A DNA stretch of 64,000 nucleotides from Octopus bimaculoides (lineage: Eukaryota). Shown here piece after piece: positions 37,801 through 51,205 of this stretch (positions are counted from its first letter, which is position 1; each line of letters starts with the position of its first letter). The DNA is taken from positions 72,038,224 to 72,102,223 of the forward strand of contig NC_068985.1 of NCBI RefSeq assembly GCF_001194135.2, in the 5' to 3' direction. Below the pieces are notes generated by a model. It saw nothing but the letters and a program-made list of their open reading frames with translations, was not told the DNA's origin and made no database searches. The position numbers and the translations under genes are program-made.

Positions 37801-40800
37801 TTATATTTAAACAAAAAAAACTTTTTTTCAAATGTATAGACTGCACTTAGAAGTGCTCAAGATATTTGAACTTCAGGCATTAGATGAATATGGAAATGAG
37901 AGTTAAGTTAGGCAAATCAATTCACATATAATAATACATATATTCAACGATAAACCCAATATTCATAAATTTTTTTAAATATATTTAATACATCAAACAT
38001 ATTAAAAATATATAGATATATAAATATAATAAAAATATATAGATTTATCAATACATTAAAAATATATGAATATATAAATATATTAAGAATATATTGAAAA
38101 TATAAATACATATATAGATAACTTACAGACTAAAAATGATACAATAGAACTGGATAGAAAGTTAAGAGTCCAGAAAAAGTTTAAGAGTCTGGAAAAAAAG
38201 TAAAACATAATAAGTTTGAGTATTAATAATCTGATGGCTGTTTCTGGAGGTCTAGTTGTCCAGTCAAATAAAGGATATTTATATCCATTATTGGACACCA
38301 CTCTTTCTTCAGGGAAAAGTAAAGTACTAGAGAGATTCACATTTACAGCATTTTCATGATGAAAGTTAACTACTGAGTGATCTTATAGAGAACTATATAT
38401 ATGAGGACAGGAAGTAGAAGTGTTTTAGAAAGAGTACTGGGAAGAGGAGATACAATGTGTGGTAAAATAAAGTTACTGATGGTTCTATAGGTAGATGGTA
38501 AGAGGAGGGGAGTGTGGTTTAAGTATTTAAAATAAATTTCAATGGGTGAGGAAGCTGGTTCCCAACTATGTCCTGAATCATCAAAATGTAAAAAAGTTGA
38601 GTAAAATCTATGCTTACAAGAGTAGATGGCATCAGAAAATTCATTTACTTCTGAGGAATTGTGGAAACAGAGAATAATTAGTGATTCTTTTATGCATAGT
38701 CTGCATTTACCTATCCTTGTATTGTAAGGGGAAATCTTCTCTTATTATAAACCAAGCTAGTGTATATTGTATATTTTGTAACTTAAGATTATGTATTTAT
38801 GTTGCAAATGAGGTCGAAAATTTGTATTTTGTCTTAGTGATGGAATGTAAGTGAGCTCTATAGCGTTGGTGTATATAAATATATGTGTATGTATATATAT
38901 GTGTATATATATATATATATATATNNNNNNNNNNNNNNNNNNNNNNNNNNNNNNNNNNNNNNNNNNNNNNNNNNNNNNNNNNNNNNNNNNNNNNNNNNNN
39001 NNNNNNNNNNNNNNNNNNNNNNNNNNNNNNNNNNNNNNNNNNNNNNNNNNNNNNNNNNNNNNNNNNNNNNNNNNNNNNNNNNNNNNNNNNNNNNNNNNNN
39101 NNNNNNNNNNNNNNNNNNNNNNNNNNNNNNNNNNNNNNNNNNNNNNNNNNNNNNNNNNNNNNNNNNNNNNNNNNNNNNNNNNNNNNNNNNNNNNNNNNNN
39201 NNNNNNNNNNNNNNNNNNNNNNNNNNNNNNNNNNNNNNNNNNNNNNNNNNNNNNNNNNNNNNNNNNNNNNNNNNNNNNNNNNNNNNNNNNNNNNNNNNNN
39301 NNNNNNNNNNNNNNNNNNNNNNNNNNNNNNNNNNNNNNNNNNNNNNNNNNNNNNNNNNNNNNNNNNNNNNNNNNNNNNNNNNNNNNNNNNNNNNNNNNNN
39401 NNNNNNNNNNNNNNNNNNNNNNNNNNNNNNNNNNNNNNNNNNNNNNNNNNNNNNNNNNNNNNNNNNNNNNNNNNNNNNNNNNNNNNNNNNNNNNNNNNNN
39501 NNNNNNNNNNNNNNNNNNNNNNNNNNNNNNNNNNNNNNNNNNNNNNNNNNNNNNNNNNNNNNNNNNNNNNNNNNNNNNNNNNNNNNNNNNNNNNNNNNNN
39601 NNNNNNNNNNNNNNNNNNNNNNNNNNNNNNNNNNNNNNNNNNNNNNNNNNNNNNNNNNNNNNNNNNNNNNNNNNNNNNNNNNNNNNNNNNNNNNNNNNNN
39701 NNNNNNNNNNNNNNNNNNNNNNNNNNNNNNNNNNNNNNNNNNNNNNNNNNNNNNNNNNNNNNNNNNNNNNNNNNNNNNNNNNNNNNNNNNNNNNNNNNNN
39801 NNNNNNNNNNNNNNNNNNNNNNNNNNNNNNNNNNNNNNNNNNNNNNNNNNNNNATATATATATATATATATATATACATACACCACTGATAGCTACATGT
39901 GCTTATTTCACTGATGTCAGAAAGATTAAATACAAAGTCAACTCTGGTAGATTTCAAACTTGATAAAAGGATGTAACTCTCTTCTCCTGCAATGCATTCA
40001 CTTTGTCTTACATGTTACCAGTTCTTCCAACCCACAGACCAGTCTGTTGTTATAATTAAAAGTTCTACATATATGTTCTTCTATAGATTCCTTTAAATGT
40101 ATAACGAGAAAGTATTCGGGATCATTGCTCTAGAAGAATACGTGTAGGTTTAACAATTAATTGTACAGGTGTATCATTTTGCAATTAATATTCTCTCTTG
40201 TTAATCACCTATTAATTTCAAATGTGATGATTTATGTTAGATGTTGACCTTTCATTGCATAAGTATTTCTAATTAGATGTTTAATGCTCATTGCTTTAAA
40301 TATGTTATCACCAACTTAGCTATTGTTTTTAACTCATTAATTCCCACATGTACTGCCGGTGGTTCATTGCAAATTTCACACAACCATCATATGCACATTG
40401 GTGGTACATTTTCACAATTTGAGAAAATATTTTTATTCTGTATCTTTGACATGGTTTCAAAGATATTTAACCCTTCAGCATTCATATTTCTGTGTCAAAT
40501 GTATTGCTTATTTATTCTCAGATATTTTGAATTAATCACACATTATCTTGTAGCTTCAAGATTTCAATGGTGTGTTAGTATATTTTTAGCATGACATTGT
40601 AGGATAAGTGTGAGAAGTTGGATTTGGTCAGTTTTAACATAAAACAGGTAGAATATTTGGGCCAGATATGGCTGGATTAAAAGTTACATGAGTGCTAAAT
40701 AATGATTTCAAATTTTGGTACAAGGCCAACAAATTCAGAGGAGAAGCTAAGTCAGTTATATCAACCCCAGTACTCAACTGGTACTTATTTTATTGACCTC

Positions 40801-43800
40801 AAAAGGATGAATGGCAAAGTGAGCCTTAACATAATTTGAACTCAGAAAAAGGTGGACAAAATGCCGCTAAGCATTTCACCTGGAATGCTAACAATTTTGC
40901 CAGCTCGCTACCTTAGTGCTAAATATTAAAGTTTAATTATGAAATATTGTAAAAATGCAAAAACAAAAGTACATTTCCTTGTAATTGAATAGTATGCCAT
41001 GTTCCCAGAAATATGTGGAATCACTGGGAAATTCCAGTAACATGTTACTGCAGTTGTTAAATCTGGATAATTAATCTGTATGGTTTATTAATGAAGTTAA
41101 TTTTCAGCCTTACTGGTATAATCCTTTCAGTTTTCAAACTCAAAAATCCATTATATTGCTTTAGTAATTTAATATCTGCAGTAATGAATAGACTTCGTTT
41201 TGTTTATGAAGTCTAAAAACACCAGAACTTATCTGTACTAATCACCATTCTACCAACTTTCAAATCCATTTCATACTGATTTTGATTAATTTTCATCATT
41301 TTGAGTTCTAGGTTTCTTAGTCTTCCTTTTCTTGATCAGCTTTGATCATTGGCTCTCCTCTCCAAATGTGTAATTTTGATTCATTAAAAGTGATTGGTTC
41401 ACTACATGAAGTATGTTAACGCCCACTTTGTATATTGTATATGTACTTAATGATTCCCTTGTCACTACTTTGACAAGCATGGTGAAGTCTGTGCTTTACA
41501 TGATTGAAACATGTCCAGAGTTATTTCCTGTATTTGCCAAAATATAAATCATAATTGAAACAAAATTTACCAGCTACTTAGTGCTTGTAAGATGAGTTAT
41601 TCTATTAATATTCAACATAGTGACGGTAATTAAAAAAATAGAAATAATTTATTGAACAGTAATTTTTGGATGATTGAGTGGCAGATGATGCTTTGTGTTG
41701 TATTCAGTAACATGGTAACTTAGTAATAAAATGATAGATGGTTCAGATCCTGTATGTGAACCTGTTTCATCTTACTCTTTCAAATTACTGGTTATAATGT
41801 CTGATATAAATTAACAATAGGGAAGGATAGTGCCTGTGACCCTTTATAGGGCCTCTGACATTGGTGGGAGGGAAGTGGAAAAGTATTTTCCAAATTGGAG
41901 AGCTGTCCTGCATGTTTGCACTAAAGTGGACCTTACTAAAGGCCAAGTGGTAGTGCTAAGTCAGCTAATGAATACACCACCGATAAAATCATAGCAATAT
42001 TGTCTGAATTTCTGGGAGTAGGAATTAACAGTATTATTGCTTATATATTCAAGCTGATGTTTTCAAGTTGATTATTATAATCACATTTCAGCCATAGACC
42101 TCTCTCATCATCTTCAGGTACTTGACATATTTGGCAATGTTCTTGTATTCTGAACTGACCCTCATTCAGTGCATGAAGGTAGACTGTTCTCATTCACAGA
42201 CAATGAAATGGGAAGAATTTACTATTATGGTTTCAGTACTGGATTGAAATCAATATTGTGAGAGTGTTACCAAATATATCAGGCACCTAAACAAGGCTCA
42301 GAAATTCAACAGCTGAAGTCTTGTGGCTATAAACACCAAGATGAAGGCACTGTTTTAAATATGTCAGTGTATAATTGTTCATAAGTTTAGTCATACACTC
42401 TAGTATGTGTTGCATTTTTTATTGTTTTATTTTTCTTCTCAAGCACTAATTACCTAATATACAGCTTTAGGTTTAAACCAAACTGAAAGTTAATGAGATT
42501 TAGTGTGTTGAAACACTTTTTTTTTAATGTTAGATCCATATTGTTCTCTCTAGGGTTTATAGCCCTAAAATTCTTTTAATGCAAAATAAGAAACAATATC
42601 TCTTACAGAATTAATTAATTCCTAGACGATATGGTGTGTTACATAATTTCCCATCAACAGATTCATCTTACTTAGCTGTGCATGTCTGTCTGATGTCAGA
42701 ATATTTTTCTTTGGTTATGACACATTCATTTGTCAGAAATCAAATTTCTTAGAGAAGCTGCAGAATTCTTGCTGAAGGATGGGGATACTCATGCTTTATA
42801 TTTTTCACTCTTTCTATCATTGTCATTATATATTATTATTATTATTATTATTATTTACATTGCCCTTCCCTTCAATATGTCACTCTTTTTCTTTTATATG
42901 TACACACTGCTTTGGTACAACTTCTTCAGATATTTCTCACTCACCATCTTTCTTACACACATATTGACACACTCGTACACACACTCTTTTTCTTCAGATA
43001 TCATTTATTCGCCCACACTTACAGTATTACACACACACACACAAATAGTGAAGCACACAAACTCTTCGTATGTACTCAAATACACAGATAAACAATTAGA
43101 CACACTCAGATGCTTTGGAATACTTGAAAACACACAAACTTATAAAAACCTGCACACACATACTATTACAGGCAGACATATTCATAAACACAATATTATA
43201 TTGCACTCACATTTATAGTGGATTATAATTTATTCTAAATTATCTTTTTTTTTTAAATATAATGGTCGTAAAGAGAGCAAAAACAAAAACCAACTGATAA
43301 AGAAATATGAAAGAGTCACAAATAACCAAGCAGCTAAAAAACAAAAAAAAACCTGTTTGAAGCATACAACTAACGAAAGCAAATATCACCTATCTATATG
43401 GTTATATGACAATGCTGGAAAATTATAAAGAGAAACCTCAAAATTTCAGAAGCTTCAAAGTACTTTAGTTGTCAAAAAATTTCCTGAGATTTTGTAAGCA
43501 CAAATGGATTAGATGAAAGACTGAAATGCTATATAACGAATTGGAGAATGTTGTATGTAAAAGATACTGTTATGAGGAAATAACATAAGATCTCATAGAG
43601 GAAATGTCAAATTATTCTTTCATTTATTTCACGCCATTATATTTGAAAAATAAGTGATGTATAGCATACATGACCTCGTGAAAAATAGAAACTGCATTTC
43701 TGTTAGTTGGTTAGAATTTCCTCAACATGAAATACTATACAATGTTATTGAAAACTGCCGAGAGACATCTAAATGAAGTAAATAAATGAATGTTACAAAT

Positions 43801-44058
43801 GAATATAAATATAAATTTAAAAACCATTAAAAAGACAAGAAACTGTAAAGAAAATAATAAATAAATAAAAATGAAAGAATTGGTTCAGCTGACATTTGTG
43901 ATTAATTTCTCTCAGTTAATAGTTTAGCGGGTATATGTTTTTGGCATTAATGTATTTGGTCTAGAAGACACAAAGAATATAGAATTTAGGGTGATACTGA
44001 TCTTTCTACTGTGACATGTAGCTTTTTTTCTTAGTGTGTGTATGTATATGTATGTATG

Positions 44059-44110
<52 letters not shown>

Positions 44111-44809
44111 TATATANNNNNNNNNNNNNNNNNNNNNNNNNNNNNNNNNNNNNNNNNNNNNNNNNNNNNNNNNNNNNNNNNNNNNNNNNNNNNNNNNNNN
44201 NNNNNNNNNNNNNNNNNNNNNNNNNNNNNNNNNNNNNNNNNNNNNNNNNNNNNNNNNNNNNNNNNNNNNNNNNNNNNNNNNNNNNNNNNNNNNNNNNNNN
44301 NNNNNNNNNNNNNNNNNNNNNNNNNNNNNNNNNNNNNNNNNNNNNNNNNNNNNNNNNNNNNNNNNNNNNNNNNNNNNNNNNNNNNNNNNNNNNNNNNNNN
44401 NNNNNNNNNNNNNNNNNNNNNNNNNNNNNNNNNNNNNNNNNNNNNNNNNNNNNNNNNNNNNNNNNNNNNNNNNNNNNNNNNNNNNNNNNNNNNNNNNNNN
44501 NNNNNNNNNNNNNNNNNNNNNNNNNNNNNNNNNNNNNNNNNNNNNNNNNNNNNNNNNNNNNNNNNNNNNNNNNNNNNNNNNNNNNNNNNNNNNNNNNNNN
44601 NNNNNNNNNNNNNNNNNNNNNNNNNNNNNNNNNNNNNNNNNNNNNNNNNNNNNNNNNNNNNNNNNNNNNNNNNNNNNNNNNNNNNNNNNNNNNNNNNNNN
44701 NNNNNNNNNNNNNNNNNNNNNNNNNNNNNNNNNNNNNNNNNNNNNNNNNNNNNNNNNNNNNNNNNNNNNNNNNNNNNNNNNNNNNNNNNNNNNNNNNNNN
44801 NNNNNNNAC

Positions 44810-44886
<77 letters not shown>

Positions 44887-45348
44887 CATATACGTATATA
44901 GTGTGTGTTGGGAGTGATACAAGGAATATAAAATTGAGAAAGATTTTGAAAGTTTTGACTACTTTGACATGTGGTCTTCACTACTACTATATTTGGTCTG
45001 GGAAGTGCAAAAAGCAGAGATTTTGTTAAATGGTTATGAAAGAAGCAACTCCAAATTATTAGCCTTGGCCTAAATTAGAGGCAGTTATAAAGAATGATTC
45101 AATTCCATTTCTTTTTTCAGATGCATACATGAAAATAATCTCTCTCTCTCTCTGTTTCCATTTTTTTTCTATACATGTATACAGTTTCACATTTATAAAT
45201 AGTGGTTAATGGCAATTGAAATTTAGATATATGTATATTATCATCATCATCATTTAACATGTTTTCCATGCTGGCATGGATTGGACATATATATGTGTAT
45301 ATATACATATGTATCATCATCACCATTTAATGTCCATTGTCCATGCTA

Positions 45349-45472
45349 CAGGGTGTCCACAAATTCTGGTTACATGGGGATTAACACATACTTTAAGAAA
45401 TTATTTCTTATATTTAATTGTTTATGCTATGATTTTATTTACTCCATGTACCCAGACCTTGTGGACACTCTG
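45349..45472. mobile_element. 124-bp Tc1/mariner-type MITE with TA duplication
   Basis: TA|CAGGGTGTCCACAAATTCTGGTTACATGGGG ... CTCCATGTACCCAGACCTTGTGGACACTCTG|TA. The 31-bp TIRs match at 26/31 positions. Confidence 0.88.
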
Positions 45473-45619
45473 TAGTATTGGTTGGACAGTGTGACTAGAG
45501 CTGGCAAGCCGGTGGGGCTACACCAAGTTCCAGTCTAGTTTAGCATGATTTCTATGGCAGGATGCCCTTCCTAACACCAACCACTTTACAAAATATGCTG
45601 GATGCTTTTACATGACACC

Positions 45620-46290
45620 ACATGGACGTTTTTACATGATGCCGCACAGAGTCTCCTTGAGTACAGCCAGGCATCAGGTGTCTCAGTCCTTTGTCATCTC
45701 ACCGAAAGGTTCAGCTTCTTGAGGTTGTTCTTCAGTACTTTGTCCATATATTCTTCTGCTGTCCATTGTAGTTCGACATTTTTCTTGTTTAGTAATCATT
45801 TCTGGCGGGCTCGCATGTGGGCTACAAAGCCTGCTCTTGATCTGCTGCAGGTGAAGCTACTTCATGTAATGGAGAAGTCAGCCTGTCATGTGCTCTTCTG
45901 TATTTTCTCTGTTTCTCCTTAATGGCTGGAATAACAAGCTTCAACAATCAATGTCATTTGTGACACCGCAGAGCCTTCTCCTTCATATGTCTCTTCAGCA
46001 TATCCCTATTTCACAACCATTGGCCTGGCCACCACAGCTCCTTTGGGATCCTTCCACCCTCCATCCTGCAACCACACCCCACCAGCACAGCTGCAATGAG
46101 GTAATTAGGGCTTCCAAACTAATTGTACTAGTGTGGTGCAGGAACCTCTTTGTCAGAAATGTGATCCTGCCATCTGATATGCAAGATGAAGTGCAGATGG
46201 CAAAGTTGAACTTGCATCAGGGCATTGTTGACCAAATAACTCTTTGTAGTACATTTCCCTGATACAAAATCCAAACTGCATCATGTGTTC
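45620..46290 (-). mobile_element. RTE LINE fragments (RT C-terminus and 3' end)
   Basis: Minus strand RWQDHISDKEV...SLEALITSLQLCW (about 46190-46060) and MTKD*DT*CLAVLKET (about 45700-45650). Contiguous with a (GAT)n-tailed 3' end running to about 45313. Confidence 0.65.
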
Positions 46291-46981
46291 TAACTCTGTC
46301 TTTCTCTCTCTCAAATTGATTGGGCTAAGATTTTTTCCTTAACTTTCATGGCCTCATCCAGAGATTTACATAATAGTTAAATACCTTAGGGACTTATAAA
46401 TCATCCTCTGTGTGTGTGTAAATTCAGGATCCATTATAATGCCCTTGCATAATTAAAACATTTAGTTTATCCAATTGAAATGGTACAGGATATTGTTTAT
46501 TAGGAATATTGTTCATCTTGTCACTCTACTCATAGAGTTAGGCAGTTTCTGAGTGAAAAATTATCAGTTGAATTAGAACCAATTGCCTCCATAATTGCCA
46601 TATTGAGTTTGTTGAATTTTCATTTTAAAGGAATATGTAAAAACTACTGTACATTTAATTAAAATTCTACAGATGACTTGCAGACAAGGATAACTTAATT
46701 TAATTGAAAGTATAATATAAAATCAGCTACAAAACTTATTTTTAGTACTTAAAAATCACATCAAACTTTATGCATATAATAACAGGGGAAATGCTGAAAT
46801 TTAGCTATCTCAAGAATAAATCTGTGAAAGAAAATTTGCTAAATTCTTTCACAGCAATCTGTGAAAAGGATAAATGAAAGGATTTATACTCATTTTGAAT
46901 TTTGAGATTGTTCAATTTCAATATATCTTCCATGAAATTTAAAATTACGAATTTAAAATTGCACAAGAAATTTATCATGAT

Positions 46982-47066
<85 letters not shown>

Positions 47067-49484
47067 ACACACACACACTAGACTACTTTCCTCATATTTG
47101 CATAACAATATGTGAGAGATAAAAGTTTGAGAGAGAGTATTGTCGTAGACTGTTGTTACAATTTAGCCTTAGGTCAGCCTTCATTAAACAGACATAGAAT
47201 CAAAAGTATTCCGATATGTACTTTATTGAAGAGTGGAATTTGTGATTTACTGGAAATTTAGCTGCAGTTTCTTTATACTCAAAGAATTGTAGGGAAACTG
47301 TCTCATTGGTTTGTAGTAGATCATTGTAAGCAACGGTGAACAAACAGAATTACTGAGTATTTAACAGACAGCTTCCAGTATCAAATTCCTGTTCATTTTG
47401 CAGGACGGCGGGAAAAAAATCTATTTATGGTAGACCAAACAACATCCTTTCCATAGATAGGGATAAAGATATGATTATTTCTCTTAATGTACATGTGCTT
47501 AAAGCTATAAAACACCTAAGTTAAGTTAACTACTCAGCCAAGCTCCATGGATTCTGGTGGATCTAATTTTAGAAAGAAAAAACTAGAAATTTGTAGAAGT
47601 GATCCAGCCAAAAATTAAATCAAAACCAAAGAGAAAAGAAAAAGATAAATATATCAAGAAATTTCACAATAGTATAGACAACAGCAATAACATAAATCTT
47701 AGTTTCTGTATTTATTGCTGAAGTTCATGACTGTTTTTCAGAATATTCAATATGACACAGTCTGTTGACTTCCGGCAGCTCCCTCTCCTTTGTAAATAAC
47801 ACTTTGTTTAGAAGTTCACTACAGGATATTAAATTCACATGGTAAAAACAGTCCTCGGTTTTCTTTACTTTTATTTATTTTCAAATGTATTTTTTATGTT
47901 CAGTTTCTTTTTATATTATTAAAAATTTTTTTCATTTATTGGTTTTTGTATGGTCAGGTATTATTTTTTTATTGTTGCTTTTTCAAATATATGTTTTTTC
48001 TTTTATGTTATCTTCCAGTGTAATTGTTCTGTATCTCATTGTTGTTGTTAGCCCCACGGATCATCTCTGTGATCAAAGATACTCCAGCCATAAGTATCTT
48101 GTTTTGTTTCTTTTTTCTCAGGCTTTGTGCATTCTACACTACAGTACTCAGTATGTCCTCTCTTTTTCTAAGATGGTAGGTGTGATTTCAGAGTAACATG
48201 GTAACTATTTTTAGCAAATCGAGTGACTACTTAGACCCCCCCCCCCTTGTTGGATCAAATTCCCTCATTGATTCCTTTCATATTTGCTTGAAAGTTGCAG
48301 TGAGCTTCAGTGAGTCTTACTTATGCAGATATATTGAAGCTTATGCAAGCAAATAATATACAAGGACTGTCCTAAAAGAAATCAAACTTTTATAACAGCA
48401 CCAACCACTCAGTGTAGTATTGTTTATAGGTAACCTTCACTTTCAGTCTTAAAGCAATATCAGTTAGTCATTGATCTACATGTTCTCGAGTGAATGTACA
48501 TCATGTAAGATTGGCAGTTTGTCACAAGTTAAACAATTGAAAGGTTTGGAAGATCAATAGGTTTCTGTGAAAGTCTACTTTACATTGATAAAAAAACTTT
48601 TATAGAGATGATGGGTTAGTCATGTGCAATGTCATAAGTTATATGAGTGTTTCAAGTTGAGAAGAACATTCTCTGAAGATTATTCCAAATCTAAAAGACC
48701 TGTAATACAGGACAATAATCACATTGTGAAAGTACATATTGTGCTCTGTGAGAGCTTTCACCTAACTGAGGAATTTAACATGTCATTATTACCTAGAATG
48801 TGTTACAAGAAAATCAAATGGCCCAGTTTTCAACAGCGTAACAGTAATTATGAAGAAAAAAAAACATTTCTTACAAAAGAATAAGGCTAGTAATTTGGAT
48901 GGGAAGTCAATTAAATTGACTCTCCTGTTTGATAAGTACTCTATTTTGTCAGACCTGGAATAATGGAAGGCAAAATTGATAGGATTTGAACTCAGCATAA
49001 AGAGCCAAAACAAATATCACAAAGTTTTGAAGTTAACACCCACAATTTAATTGATCTTCCATCATTAATAATTTTTTTTTAAGCATCTGTTTCCCATGCT
49101 GGCATAGGTTAGATGGTTTGACTGGAAACTGGTAAGCAGGAGAGTTGTACCAAGCTCCAGTCTGGTTTGGCTTGGTTTCTAATGCTGGATGCCTTTCCTA
49201 ATGCCAAAATAATTGTGTGGTATTAATAATAATTATGTCTACTGTAGGCACAAGGCCTGAAATTTTGGCAAGAAGGTGGGGTGGGGACTAGTCGATTACA
49301 TTGATGCCAGTCCTTGATTGGTCTTTGACCCTGAAAGAATGTAAAGTGAAATCAATTTCAGTGGCATTTAAACTCAGAATGTAAAGCTAGAAGAATTTCT
49401 GCTAAGTATTTTTCCCAGTGTATAACAATTTTACCAGCAATAATAATAATTACTATTATTTCTTTATTGTAATAATAATAATAA

Positions 49485-50023
49485 GCTATGCCAACACTGT
49501 GGAATAACAACAGAAAAAAGATGGTATAGGCAAACGCTAGAAAAGGTCACAGAAAATGAGAAAGTAATCATACTCTGCAATATGCCAATACACACAGATG
49601 GAGAAATTAAGGCCAATAGGTCAGATATAGTTGTCAGAGATCACCAAGAAAAAATGCTTTCTAATCAATGTATCAGTACCAACAAATGACAGTGTTCAAC
49701 TGAAAGAAATGGAGAAACTTTGAAAATATAAAGACCTGGAAATAGAGGTAACTCGAATGTAGAGTCTAAAACAGAAACTTCCTATTATAGTAGGTGCATT
49801 AGTTATGATAAAAAAAATATTCAGACAAATACATAACAAAAATACCAAGACTAACAAGTATATATGACACAGAAAATAGTACTGCTAGGCACCACACACA
49901 TCCTACGTAAAACACGTTCAATACAGTTCAAAAAATAACATCACAACAAACCACAGTACATACCCAAATCACACAGGGCTGCACTCGGTAGTGCAGTGAA
50001 AGCACATGATAAGAATAAGACTA

Positions 50024-50092
<69 letters not shown>
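49485..50092 (+). mobile_element. 5'-truncated R4/Dong-like (restriction-like endonuclease) LINE with (TAA)n tail
   Basis: Frameshifted translation HCGITTEKRWYRQTLEKVTENEK..IHTDGEIKANRSDIVVRD....FLINVSVP.....KEMEKL*KYKDLEIEVTRM*...PIIVGAL...QKIVLLGTTHILRK fits the REL-endonuclease C-terminus. (TAA)n at 49471-84 and about 50027-92. Confidence 0.75.
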
Positions 50093-50832
50093 CCTTTCTA
50101 TTAAATGCACAAAGCCTGAAACTTTGGGGAGAGGGGACTAGTCAATTACATCGACCCCAGTGTTTCACTGGTACTTAATTTATCAACCATAACAAATGAA
50201 ATGCTAAGTCAACCTCAGAGGAATAGTAATAATGATAATAATAATAATAGTAATGTCTTTATTTTTAATAAAGGCAACATATGTGAGGACACAAGGATGA
50301 ACTACAAAACTGGTATGGGCTTGCATAAAATCCATTAATAATAATTTGAGTAGTTTTAAAACTGAATATCCCATCCCATCTATTTTTGACTGTTTTAGTC
50401 TTAATGTTATGAGAGTAATGTCTATAAGTATTGGCACCTAATATGATAGAGATAATTAAAAACTTTGCTTATTTATATGAAATTTGGTAATATTTACTGT
50501 CACACATGTTGGTGGTAGACCCTTAACATATCTTTCTCACAATACCCATTGATCCATAGGTTCCTTTAGTGGAATTTTCTTGTAAATATTTGCATCACTC
50601 CACCAGCTACCTCTGTTCCTGGTTCCCCAGCAATGCACATTTTTATCTTCACTTGTTCAGGCTGAACATTGACAGTGACTGTTTCAGATTCTGCATCCTC
50701 CGGCATACACAGTGCCATGTTATAAGAAACAGTAAGAAGTAATGCACCTCCCGTTTTTTAATTTATCAAAAAGAGTTGAAAAACATTTTATTGTCTCAGA
50801 TCATGTTCTATCTTATTTTTGCTTCATTTCAG

Positions 50833-50957
50833 CTGTTCCAGAGTTTGTAATTTCCCCAACGAGCAAAATGATTGGCCTTGGACGGACCCTGTCTCTGCAG
50901 TGTGGAGCCAATGGCAGCCCTATTCCTGCAATTTACTGGCGGAAGGGAATAGAACAG
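50833..50957 (+). CDS. robo: Robo exon, N-terminal half of Ig4
   Basis: Acceptor gcttcatttcAG, donor CAG|GTAAG at 50958. 125 nt, phase 1 to phase 0. Translation AVPEFVISPTSKMIGLGRTLSLQCGANGSPIPAIYWRKGIEQ resembles Robo Ig4 (P.F...P......GRT....C...G.P.P...W.K). Confidence 0.92.
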
Positions 50958-50986
50958 GTAAGATTTTGTAAACACTTATTCTTTAA

Positions 50987-51205
50987 CCCTTTAGCATTCA
51001 GATTACTTTGTTAAATATAATGCTTATTTAATCATATTATTTTGAATTAATCATGCATTATTTCGTAGTTTTCAGATTTTAATGATGTGATTGTATATTT
51101 TTAGAATAGCATTGTTGATAAGTGTGAGATATTGGATCTGGCCAGTTTGAATACAAAACAGGTAGAATATTTGGGCTGGATACAGCTAGTTTAAATGCTA
51201 AAGGG
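50987..51205. mobile_element. piggyBac-type (TTAA) MITE, full copy
   Basis: TTAA|CCCTTTAGCATT ... AATGCTAAAGGG|TTAA. Related copies at about 26401-26625, 40467-40690, 62654-62875 (inverted) and 3183-3385 (inverted, decayed). Confidence 0.85.

Noticed and set aside
38228-38265. Decayed relative of the 21874-21922 hammerhead
   Set aside because: Only the GAAAC-side half is recognisable and helix III is broken.
41478-41520. Hammerhead-like relic atggtga-agtc...gatt-GAAACATGTC
   Set aside because: Helix II and the palindromic helix III are present, but the core has two substitutions and helix I is not adjacent; at best a dead relic.
42081-42120. Minus strand CTGAAGA ... GAAA motif
   Set aside because: No convincing helix II or helix III pairing.
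47404-47429. Strong-looking acceptor ttcattttgCAG with a nearby GT
   Set aside because: The 26-nt exon would shift the frame and the donor (gtagac) is weak.
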